From positions 256,001 to 320,000 of the forward strand of contig CAXXWC010000021.1 of assembly GCA_963668645.2 (NCBI GenBank): a stretch of DNA of 64,000 bases. The letters run 5' to 3'. The translations under genes and the position numbers were made by a program. Of this stretch, positions 48,647 through 56,867 are shown piece after piece. This stretch comes from Desulfobacterales bacterium. GTDB taxonomy: Bacteria; Desulfobacterota; Desulfobacteria; Desulfobacterales; UBA2174. Positions within the stretch are counted from its first letter, which is position 1, and the number at the start of each line of letters is the position of its first letter. Under the pieces are notes generated by a model. That model did not search any database. It was not told where the DNA came from and saw only the letters and a list, made by a program, of their open reading frames with translations.

Positions 48647-49513
48647 ATGCAGACCCTTCAAACGGCCAATCAACACATCGATGCGTTCGCCGCGGTCCTA
48701 TCGGCCCCGCAAAGGCCGGTTCCCGGCGAGCCCCTGTACACCGGGGTCGATCTGGGCACGGCCTACATCGTCACGGCGGTGGTCGACGGCCGGGGGCGCC
48801 CCGTGGCCGGGTCCCTGACCCGCAGCCGGGCCAGTGTGCGCGACGGGCTGGTGCTCGATTACATGGGGGCCATCGAGATCCTCAGGGAACAGGTCACCGG
48901 ATTGCGCCAGGCCGGGTTGCACCTCGAGACGGCATCAGCGGCCTATCCGCCCGGCACCAGCGGCCGCAATGCCCGCGCCTTCGGACACGTGCTCGAGGCC
49001 GTGGGCCTCGACGTGGCCATACTCACCGACGAGCCCTCGGCGGCCGCCAGCGTGCTGGAGGTCACCGAGGGTGCGGTGGTCGACATCGGCGGGGGGACCA
49101 CCGGTATTTCGGTGATCCGTGACGGCCAGGTGGTTTACACCGCCGATGAACCCACCGGCGGCACCCATGTGGACCTGGTCCTCAGCGGTCACTTCAAGGT
49201 ACCGACCCACGTGGCCGAAGAAATGAAACGGGACACAGCCCGCCAGCCGGAACTGCTCCAGATCGTCCGACCGGTCTTTCAGAAGATGGCTGCCATCGTA
49301 CGCACCCACCTGACAGGTCATCGCGTGGAAACGATCTACCTGGTCGGCGGTACGAGCACCTTTGCCGGCATCGCCGCGGTGATGGCCGACGAGACCGGAC
49401 TGGAGGTGATCGTGCCCCACACCCCGCTGTTGGTCACCCCCCTGGGCATCGCCTACGCGCTGTGCCGACACCAGGGGAAGCAAAACACAACCGTTCTTTC
49501 AAAGGAGTCGTGA
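48647..49513 (+). CDS. eutJ: EutJ (Hsp70/actin-like BMC chaperone)
   Basis: GVDLGTA, VRDG.V.DY, DEP.AAA, VVDIGGGTTG and DEPTGGTH motifs. Confidence 0.92.
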   Translation: MQTLQTANQHIDAFAAVLSAPQRPVPGEPLYTGVDLGTAYIVTAVVDGRGRPVAGSLTRSRASVRDGLVLDYMGAIEILREQVTGLRQAGLHLETASAAYPPGTSGRNARAFGHVLEAVGLDVAILTDEPSAAASVLEVTEGAVVDIGGGTTGISVIRDGQVVYTADEPTGGTHVDLVLSGHFKVPTHVAEEMKRDTARQPELLQIVRPVFQKMAAIVRTHLTGHRVETIYLVGGTSTFAGIAAVMADETGLEVIVPHTPLLVTPLGIAYALCRHQGKQNTTVLSKES

Positions 49514-50322
49514 TGGACGCGCAAACCGTTGGCCGCATCGTTGATCAGGTCATCCGGCGCGTGGCCGAAAATATCGGTGCCGACGGGCGCAAGGGACGCC
49601 TGATAGCCGTGTTCACTGGGGCCAGCGCCGATTTTGCCCAGTGCGTCGACCAGATCCGAGGACTGGTTCTCGATGGCTACCGGGTGGAAACGGTGCTTTC
49701 CGAAGCGGCCGAGGCCATCTTCGGCGAAACACTGCGCCAAATGCTCGCCGGTTTTCCCCAGATCGCGCCGGTAAGCGAAACACGCTGGGTGACGGCCGCC
49801 GACAATGCCCTGGGTGTCGTGGTGCCGATGTTGAGCCTCAACACGCTGTCGCGCATCGCTCTGCTCATGGCCGACAACAAACCGACCAACATCATCCTGC
49901 GGGCCCTTTTTACCGGCCGGCCCGTGCTGATGGTCCCCAACGGCGCCGTGGCCCGGGCCCCGCACTGGCAGGCCAAGGCCGGCGGGTCCCAGGCACCGGC
50001 CCTGGCCGCTGCGGTGGAGGAACGGCTCGCCGCAGTGGGGCGATACGGCGCACAAATCGTCGCGGTCAACGCCATCCGCCGGACCGTAGCCGCCTGGTCC
50101 CGGGGGATCGCCGGCCCAGCTGCCGCAACTTTTCCTGCGGCGAACTCCAGCACCGGGGCCGGATTCATCCGGGCCGGATCCACCGTAGTCAGTGCGGCCC
50201 AGGTGCGCCTGGCCCACAGTGCCGGCGCCGATCTGGTGATCGCCCCCCAGGCCCGGGTCACCCCGCTGGCCCGGGATCTGGCCTCACGCTACGGCGTGGC
50301 GCTGGTTCACGAGGGCCAATAA
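49513..50322 (+). CDS. BMC-associated flavoprotein-family protein
   Basis: FTGA..., LSEAA, VPMLSLNTLSRIA..MAD, C-terminal VTPLARD; N-terminal amphipathic helix. Confidence 0.7.
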   Translation: MDAQTVGRIVDQVIRRVAENIGADGRKGRLIAVFTGASADFAQCVDQIRGLVLDGYRVETVLSEAAEAIFGETLRQMLAGFPQIAPVSETRWVTAADNALGVVVPMLSLNTLSRIALLMADNKPTNIILRALFTGRPVLMVPNGAVARAPHWQAKAGGSQAPALAAAVEERLAAVGRYGAQIVAVNAIRRTVAAWSRGIAGPAAATFPAANSSTGAGFIRAGSTVVSAAQVRLAHSAGADLVIAPQARVTPLARDLASRYGVALVHEGQ

Positions 50323-50339
50323 AAGGAGATGCACGAACG

Positions 50340-50621
50340 ATGATCGTCGCCAAAATAATCGGTACCGTCGTGGCCACCCGCAAGCACGAAAAGCTCGTCG
50401 GTCACAAGATTCAGGTTATCCAACCGCTGGATCCCAAAACCCTGGAGCCCGCAGACCGTCCCCTGGTGGCGGTTGACGCCGTGGGGGCCGGGGTGGGCGA
50501 ACAGGTCATCGCGGTTACCGGCAGCAGTGCACGCCGGGGGGTGGATGGCATCGGCGTTCCGGTGGACGCCACCATCATCGGCATCATCGATCAGCTCGAA
50601 ATCGACACCCGTCACTGTTGA
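50340..50621 (+). CDS. pduN: BMC pentamer vertex protein (EutN/PduN/CcmL)
   Basis: GTVVATRK, VAVDAVGAGVGE, GSSAR and DATIIGIID motifs. Confidence 0.92.
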   Translation: MIVAKIIGTVVATRKHEKLVGHKIQVIQPLDPKTLEPADRPLVAVDAVGAGVGEQVIAVTGSSARRGVDGIGVPVDATIIGIIDQLEIDTRHC

Positions 50622-50640
50622 CGGCCGCAGGGGAACTGCA

Positions 50641-51210
50641 ATGAAACTCTACACCCGCCGGGGTGACAAGGGACAAACCAGCCTCTTGGGAGGCGCACGG
50701 GTATCCAAGACCGATATCCGCGTCAAGAGCTACGGGGCCGTGGACGAATTGCAGGCCCACCTCGGCATGGCCCGGGCCGCCATCGACACCCCAGCCCTCA
50801 AGCTCCTGGTGGGCCGTGTGCAGCAGCGTCTCTTGATCGCCTGCGCCCAGTTGGCCGCAACCCCCGAGGCGGCCCGGCGCCTCAAGGATCCGCTGGGCCC
50901 GGACGATGTGGCCTGGCTCGAAACCGAGATCGACGCGCTGACGGCAGCCTACCCGCTTCCGGCGCGCTTCGTGCTGCCCGGTGAGGGGATCGCCAGCGCC
51001 GCGGCCCACGTGGCGCGCACCGTCTGCCGGCGCTGCGAGCGGATCCTGCTCATGCGCGCCGAGCAGACCGGCGACGACCTGGACGGCATGATCATCTATT
51101 TCAACCGTCTGAGCGATTTTCTCTTCGCTCTGGCCTGGGCCCTGGAGGTGCGCCACACCATCCAGGACATCATCCTCGACCTGATCGGCAAAGGGGGCCC
51201 ATGCAACTGA
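50641..51210 (+). CDS. pduO: PduO-type cob(I)alamin adenosyltransferase (ATR domain only)
   Basis: LYTRRGDKGQTSL, YGAVDEL, ARTVCRRCER and NRLSD motifs. Confidence 0.92.
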   Translation: MKLYTRRGDKGQTSLLGGARVSKTDIRVKSYGAVDELQAHLGMARAAIDTPALKLLVGRVQQRLLIACAQLAATPEAARRLKDPLGPDDVAWLETEIDALTAAYPLPARFVLPGEGIASAAAHVARTVCRRCERILLMRAEQTGDDLDGMIIYFNRLSDFLFALAWALEVRHTIQDIILDLIGKGGPCN

Positions 51211-51761
51211 ATCTCGCCCTTTGTACCCTGCTGGCCGAGGCTGCGGAGGCCAAGGCGACGGCCATGAATGTACCGATGGTCATCGCCCTGGTCGATGGCC
51301 GCGGCGAACTGCTCTACTTCGCCCGTATGGCCGGTGCCCTGCCCGCATCCAACGAAATCGCCGTGGCCAAGGCCTACACCGCAGCGGCCCTGCGTATGCC
51401 CACGGAGCAGGCCGGCGCCCTGGTCCAGCCAGGACAAGTCCTCTACGGCATCGCCGCCGGGCTCTCGCGACCGATAATCACCTTCGGCGGCGGCCGGCCC
51501 ATCTGCTTCAAGGGAGAAACCATCGGCGCCATGGGTGTCAGCGGCGGCACCGTGTCCCAAGACATGACGGTGGTCGATGCCGGCCTGGCCTGCTGCGAAA
51601 AGATAGAAGCGTTTTACGATTTGATCGCCGCGCTGGTTCCGGCCGGCAGCCGCTGGACGGCAGCCGCCGGTCCGGCCCTGCACCGGACACTCGGCGAGTT
51701 GTTGCCGGCGATGGATGCCGAACAGACCCGTGCGCTGGCCGGAGGGATCCTGCTTGCCTGA
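51201..51761 (+). CDS. GlcG/HbpS-type heme-binding protein (PduO C-terminal-like)
   Basis: VD..G.L....RM.GA....EIA..KAYTA, FGGG.P and GVSGG motifs. Confidence 0.88.
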   Translation: MQLNLALCTLLAEAAEAKATAMNVPMVIALVDGRGELLYFARMAGALPASNEIAVAKAYTAAALRMPTEQAGALVQPGQVLYGIAAGLSRPIITFGGGRPICFKGETIGAMGVSGGTVSQDMTVVDAGLACCEKIEAFYDLIAALVPAGSRWTAAAGPALHRTLGELLPAMDAEQTRALAGGILLA

Positions 51762-51886
51762 CGATCTTTGTACGTGTTGGTTGATGCACCGGTGTTCCGG
51801 GGACCGGGCCTGCGGGCCGCCTTTGCAGAACGCCGCAGTACCGGCCACGCCCAGTTCAACTCATTCCCGTGGCAAAGGAGCGTTTT

Positions 51887-53287
51887 ATGTCCATCGATGA
51901 AAAAACCCTGACCGGAGTCCTTCAAGAAGTCCTGCAACAGCTCGTGCAGGAAAACAACACGATGGCTGCGCCCTCGTCCGGCTGCGTTTACGACAGCGTC
52001 GACGAAGCCGTCAAAAACGCCATTGTGGCCCAGCGCCAGCTCATCGCCCTGCCCCTGGCCGCCCGCGATAAAATGATCGCCGCCATGCGGCGCACGGCTC
52101 TCGAACACAACGAGGACCTTTCGCAGATGGCCGTTAGCGAAACCAAGCTGGGCCGCTACGAGGACAAGGTGCGTGAAAACATCCTGTGCGCTACCAAAAC
52201 CCCGGGAACCGAAGATATCCAGCCGGCGGCGCGAACCGGCGATAACGGCCTCATGCTGCTCGAATACGCGCCGGTGGGCGTCATCGGGGCACTGACGCCA
52301 GTGACCAATCCCACCGGCACCTTCATCCACAACGGCATCAGCATGCTGGCGTCCGGCAACGCCGTGATCTTCAATCCCCATCCCAGCGCGCGGGCCACCA
52401 GCACCAAAATGGTCGAGCTGCTCCACGAGGCCGTGGTATCGGCCGGCGGCCCCCCGAGTATCATCGCCACGATCCGCAATCCGACCCTGGAAACCGCCGC
52501 CCAGATCATCAACCACCCGGACATCAACATGCTGGTGGCCACCGGCGGAAAACCGGTGGTCAAGGCAGTGCTCTCCTCGGGCAAGAAGGCCATCGGCGCC
52601 GGTGCCGGCAACCCCCCGGCCCTGGTGGACGAAACAGCCCACATCCGCCATGCCGCCGAGAGCATCATCAACGGTGCGAGCATCAACAACAACATCTTTT
52701 GCACCTGTGAAAAAGAAGTCATCGTGGTGGACGAGGTGGCCGACTCGCTGATCAAGTTCATGCAGGAGGACGGCCGCGCCTACCTGCTGTCACCGGAAGA
52801 GGCTCACAAGGTCACCGAACTGGTGGTCACCACCGAAGGCAAGATCAACCGGGCCTTTGTCGGCCGCAACGTCCAGGTCATCCTCAGCGAAATCGGAATA
52901 AGCCTCGACAAGAAGTACCGCGTGGCGATTTTCGAAGCGCCCCAGGACCATCCCCTGGTCTGGATCGAGCAGATGATGCCGATTCTGCCCATCGTGCGCG
53001 TGGCCGATGTCCAGGAAGGGATCCGCCTCGGGGTCCGGGTCGAGCAGGGCAACCGCCATACGGCCATCATGCACTCGACCAACGTGGACAACCTCACCGC
53101 CTTTGCCCGGGCCGTACAGACCACCATCTTCGTCAAGAACGGTCCGGCCTATGCCGGCATCGGCATGGGCGGCGAGGGGCATACCGCCTTTACCATCGCC
53201 GGGCCCACCGGAGAGGGTTTGACATCGGCACGCACCTTCACGCGCCAGCGGCGCTGCACTCTGGTGGAAGGCTTTCGTATCGTTTGA
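51887..53287 (+). CDS. pduP: CoA-acylating aldehyde dehydrogenase (PduP/EutE)
   Basis: PVTNPT, ATGG, AGAGNPP, NNIFCTCEKE and TIAGPTGEGLTS motifs; N-terminal targeting helix. Confidence 0.94.
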   Translation: MSIDEKTLTGVLQEVLQQLVQENNTMAAPSSGCVYDSVDEAVKNAIVAQRQLIALPLAARDKMIAAMRRTALEHNEDLSQMAVSETKLGRYEDKVRENILCATKTPGTEDIQPAARTGDNGLMLLEYAPVGVIGALTPVTNPTGTFIHNGISMLASGNAVIFNPHPSARATSTKMVELLHEAVVSAGGPPSIIATIRNPTLETAAQIINHPDINMLVATGGKPVVKAVLSSGKKAIGAGAGNPPALVDETAHIRHAAESIINGASINNNIFCTCEKEVIVVDEVADSLIKFMQEDGRAYLLSPEEAHKVTELVVTTEGKINRAFVGRNVQVILSEIGISLDKKYRVAIFEAPQDHPLVWIEQMMPILPIVRVADVQEGIRLGVRVEQGNRHTAIMHSTNVDNLTAFARAVQTTIFVKNGPAYAGIGMGGEGHTAFTIAGPTGEGLTSARTFTRQRRCTLVEGFRIV

Positions 53288-53323
53288 CCCTGGCGCTGCC
53301 GCCAAATGAAAGGACCCCCTGCG

Positions 53324-53764
53324 ATGAACCTGGACCAGGCCCTGACCGTGATGGCCGCCGCATGTCGCGAGGCCGAGGCCAACAACGTGGCCATCGCTAT
53401 CGCCGTGGTGGATGCCGGCGGCAATCTCGTCGCTCAGCAGCGCATGGACGACGCCCCGCCGGTGTGCAACGAGATTGCCCGCAACAAGGCCTACACTGTC
53501 GTGACTTCGGGGCTCAGCGTCCCGGAACTCTTCCCTCTGGAACGATGCGACCAGCCGGTTTACGGCGTCCACCACGCCGCCGGCAGCCCGATGATAGTCT
53601 TCGGCGGCGGGCTGCCGGTGGTGCACCAGGGCTGCATCGTAGGTGGCATCGGGGTCAGCGGCGGCGGCACCGAGCAGGACATCAACTGTGCCCAGGCCGG
53701 GCTTTTGGCTCTGACGTCCCACCCGTCCTGGACCTGGACGGCGCCGCTGGCAGAAGCCGGATAG
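53324..53764 (+). CDS. Second GlcG/HbpS-type heme-binding protein
   Basis: VVDAGGNL...RMD, KAYT, FGGGLP and GGIGVSGG motifs. Confidence 0.88.
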   Translation: MNLDQALTVMAAACREAEANNVAIAIAVVDAGGNLVAQQRMDDAPPVCNEIARNKAYTVVTSGLSVPELFPLERCDQPVYGVHHAAGSPMIVFGGGLPVVHQGCIVGGIGVSGGGTEQDINCAQAGLLALTSHPSWTWTAPLAEAG

Positions 53765-53773
53765 GAGGTCGTA

Positions 53774-54076
53774 ATGAAACTGAAACTGATCAAGGCCCCC
53801 CAGGAAAGATTCCTGCGCCTGCTCACAGATCACCTGCACCCGGCAGAGCGCAAGTCGTTTGAGGATCACAAATGGGGGGCCGTAGGCCTGGTCCAGGCGT
53901 CCCTGATCAACCTGTACTGGGCTGCTGATGCGGCCGAAAAGGCCAGCCCGGTGGCCGTGACTCTGGTCCATGGAAGCTGCCCCCAGCATACCCAGATGCT
54001 GGCCATCTTCGGCAAACAGGCCGACGTGGTCGCGGCCCTGGACAAGATCCGTGAAGGTATGCAAGCGGCGGCCTGA
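53774..54076 (+). CDS. GrpU-like Fe-S-binding BMC shell protein
   Basis: AVGLVQ, AADAAEKAS, GSCPQH (GXCPQ motif) and AIFG. Confidence 0.82.
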   Translation: MKLKLIKAPQERFLRLLTDHLHPAERKSFEDHKWGAVGLVQASLINLYWAADAAEKASPVAVTLVHGSCPQHTQMLAIFGKQADVVAALDKIREGMQAAA

Positions 54077-54125
54077 AGGCCTGGGCGAAACACGTTGAAA
54101 GCCGCCGGATGGATAAATCCATAGG

Positions 54126-54255
54126 GTCCGTTCGGAAATGGTGGACTTCGGTTCCTGGCAAGGCCCGAGGGAGTTTGCGACCGGAGAAAGAGTCAACTAT
54201 TTCGAGGACTGAAAGATACCGTTTCTGGACAGGCACTTCCGAACAAGCGACGGAC
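54126..54255. repeat. Intergenic inverted-repeat element (REP/MITE-like)
   Basis: GTTCGGAAATG (54130) and CACTTCCGAAC (ends 54244) are inverted copies with one mismatch; GTCCGT/ACGGAC also pair. Confidence 0.35.
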
Positions 54256-54260
54256 ACCTT

Positions 54261-55571
54261 ATGACCAGCTTGCAGGACATCAAAGAGATGGGCATCGTCG
54301 GCTCCGGCGGGGCGGGGTTTCCCACCCATATCAAGCTCGGCGCCCGGGCGCAGATCTTCATCGCCAACGCGGCCGAATGCGAGCCGCTGTTGCACAAGGA
54401 CAAGGAACTGCTGCGTACCGAAACAGAGACCTTCTTTCGGGGCCTTGAGATCTGCCTGGACCTGGTCGCGGCCGAGCGCGGGATCATCGGTGTCAAGGCC
54501 AAGTACCAGGATCTGATCACCCTCCTGCGCCGGCATTGCCCGGCGCGGGTTACGATCGTCGGCCTGAAGGATTTTTACCCCGTGGGCGACGAGGTGACCC
54601 TGATCTACGAGACCACCGGCCGCATCGTGCCGCCCGGGGCCCTGCCGATCAGTCAAAACGTGGTGGTCAACAACGTGGAGACGATCTACAACATCGGCCG
54701 CGGCACGCCCCTGGTCTCCAAGTTCCTGAGCGTCGGCGGCGCCGTCAGACGCCCGATGAGCATCGAGGTGCCCATCGGCACCGCCTTTGCCGAAGTGCTG
54801 GCCCCGGCCGAGCCGCTCTTGCAACGGTACGCAGTCATCGTCGGCGGCCCCATGATGGGCCAGTTGGCCCAAAGCCTGGATGCACCGGTGACCAAAACCA
54901 CCGGCGGCCTGCTGGTCTTTCCCGAGGACCACACCCTGGTCAGACGCTACCGGACGGCCGCCTCGCCGGCACAGGTCAACCGCATCGGCAAGGCGGCCTG
55001 CGACCAGTGCGCCATCTGTTCCGAACTGTGCCCGCGGCACCTGCTCGGCCATCCCATCACGCCCCATCAGGCCATGCGCACCCTGGCTTTTTCCAACCGG
55101 CAATCCGATGAAACAACCCTCGAAGCGCATACCATGTACTGCTGTGAGTGCAACCTGTGCTCTCTGATGGCCTGTCCCGAGGGACTCTACCCGGCCCAGC
55201 GCTGCATGGCGCAAAAACGCCGCGCCATGGCGGTGCGCGAACGCTTCGATCCGCCGCCCGCCCCGACGGCCCATCCGTTGATCGACTACCGGCGCACCCC
55301 GATCTCGAAGATCATGGCGCGCCTCGACCTGAACCGCTTTGTCAACACCGGACCGCTCAGCGCAGTGACGCTGCGCCCGGCGCACTTGACCGTGCGGCTC
55401 GACCAGCACATCGGGGCGGTGGCCAGCGCCCTGGTGCAACCGGGCGAAACGGTGGAAAAGTATCAGAAAATCGCCACCGTGGGCGAGAAACTCGGGGCCG
55501 AGATTCACGCCCCGGCCTCCGGGCGGGTGGTGGACGTCGATGGGCGTCGGATAATGATCAAAGCCGACTAG
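54261..55571 (+). CDS. pduS: PduS-type (RnfC-like) flavo-Fe-S cobalamin reductase
   Basis: G.GGAGFPTH.K, NAAECEPLL, YPVGDE, GGPMMG and two CxxCxxCxxxCP motifs. Confidence 0.92.
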   Translation: MTSLQDIKEMGIVGSGGAGFPTHIKLGARAQIFIANAAECEPLLHKDKELLRTETETFFRGLEICLDLVAAERGIIGVKAKYQDLITLLRRHCPARVTIVGLKDFYPVGDEVTLIYETTGRIVPPGALPISQNVVVNNVETIYNIGRGTPLVSKFLSVGGAVRRPMSIEVPIGTAFAEVLAPAEPLLQRYAVIVGGPMMGQLAQSLDAPVTKTTGGLLVFPEDHTLVRRYRTAASPAQVNRIGKAACDQCAICSELCPRHLLGHPITPHQAMRTLAFSNRQSDETTLEAHTMYCCECNLCSLMACPEGLYPAQRCMAQKRRAMAVRERFDPPPAPTAHPLIDYRRTPISKIMARLDLNRFVNTGPLSAVTLRPAHLTVRLDQHIGAVASALVQPGETVEKYQKIATVGEKLGAEIHAPASGRVVDVDGRRIMIKAD

Positions 55572-55664
55572 CCCGCATGCCGCCTGCACAGCGGCGCCAA
55601 CGCCGTGCGCCGGTCCGCACCAATGCTCAAAAGCGGTTCGGCCGCACCGAGAGGAAAGAAAACG

Positions 55665-56219
55665 ATGTCGCTTGCGATCGGAATACTGGAACTGTCGAGC
55701 ATCGCCGCCGGATACCAGGTGCAGGACGCGATGCTCAAGGCGGCCGAAATCGACCGGCTGATGGCAAGAACGATCTGCCCGGGCAAGTACGTCGTCGTGG
55801 TGGGCGGCAAGGTGGCGGCGGTCAAGACCGCCATGACCGCCGGGGAGGCCGTGGCCGGCGGCTTTTTCGTCGACCGCCTCCTGTTGTCCAGCGTCGATGC
55901 GCGGGTCTTTCCGGCCCTGACCGGCAGCGTGGCGCTGCCGGCCACGGCCCGCAAGGCCCTGGGCATCATCGAAACCTTCTCAGTGGCCGCTGCGGTGCAG
56001 GCCGCCGATGCGGCCGTCAAGGCCGCCAACATCACCCTCTTGCGGGTTCACATCGCCATGGCCATCGGCGGCAAGGGATATCTGCTGGCCTGCGGCGACA
56101 TCGGGGCGGTCAAAACCGCAGTGGCCGCGGGGGTCGCCAGCATCCAGGACCAGGGGGTACTGGCAAACCAGGTGGTCATCTCCGGGGCCTCCGAGGCGCT
56201 TTTCGAAGATTGCATATAG
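55665..56219 (+). CDS. pduT: PduT tandem BMC protein with Fe-S Cys
   Basis: AIGILELSSIA.G, DAMLK, TICPGKY and IGGKG motifs. Confidence 0.92.
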   Translation: MSLAIGILELSSIAAGYQVQDAMLKAAEIDRLMARTICPGKYVVVVGGKVAAVKTAMTAGEAVAGGFFVDRLLLSSVDARVFPALTGSVALPATARKALGIIETFSVAAAVQAADAAVKAANITLLRVHIAMAIGGKGYLLACGDIGAVKTAVAAGVASIQDQGVLANQVVISGASEALFEDCI

Positions 56220-56277
56220 ACCGCCCAAACACCGGCCGGGATCGCCTCGCCGGCGGCAAAGTCGCAGAAAGATCCGC

Positions 56278-56826
56278 ATGTACCATAAAAGCGAAAATAT
56301 GACGAAGGGCGGCCGGAGATCCCCGGATCGTAAAAACGCGCCCTCGTTCATCTATGAAATCCTCTACGGCCGGCAGCGGTTTCTTGCCGGCCGCAGCGAT
56401 GGGCATGCCGGCAAGTTGTGGCGCGGGATCAGAGTCGACGCCCACATCCCCACCGCGGCCCTCGATGCCCTGGCAGCCATCGGCCGGCTGGAATTGCGAT
56501 CTTCCTGCGAGGGCTCGGGACCGGACCGGCCGACATTTCTCATCCTGCGCTTCAACGGGCCGGAAAACCAGGCCACGTTGCAGGCCTTTGTCGCCGGAAT
56601 GAACAGCTTTGACGATATCGCCTGCGGTGCGGACCGCGGCGCCATGGGCCGTATGCGCGTGGGGATCACCACCGCGATCTGGTATCGCAGGGACCCGGCG
56701 GCCTTCGAACGCTGGTGGCACGATCTGCCGCTGAAAATACAAGTCGTGCTGGAGGTTGTCGATCAGCTGACCGCGGCTCAGCCGGTGCCCCCTGAGCGCC
56801 GGCCCCCGTCCCGCACACCACATTGA
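56278..56826 (+). CDS. Hypothetical protein
   Basis: Globular-looking ORF with an ELRSSCEG motif; start uncertain (56278 or 56299). Confidence 0.6.
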   Translation: MYHKSENMTKGGRRSPDRKNAPSFIYEILYGRQRFLAGRSDGHAGKLWRGIRVDAHIPTAALDALAAIGRLELRSSCEGSGPDRPTFLILRFNGPENQATLQAFVAGMNSFDDIACGADRGAMGRMRVGITTAIWYRRDPAAFERWWHDLPLKIQVVLEVVDQLTAAQPVPPERRPPSRTPH

Positions 56827-56867
56827 CCGAACCGATCGGCAACAGAAAGAACCAGGGAGCAGAACCG

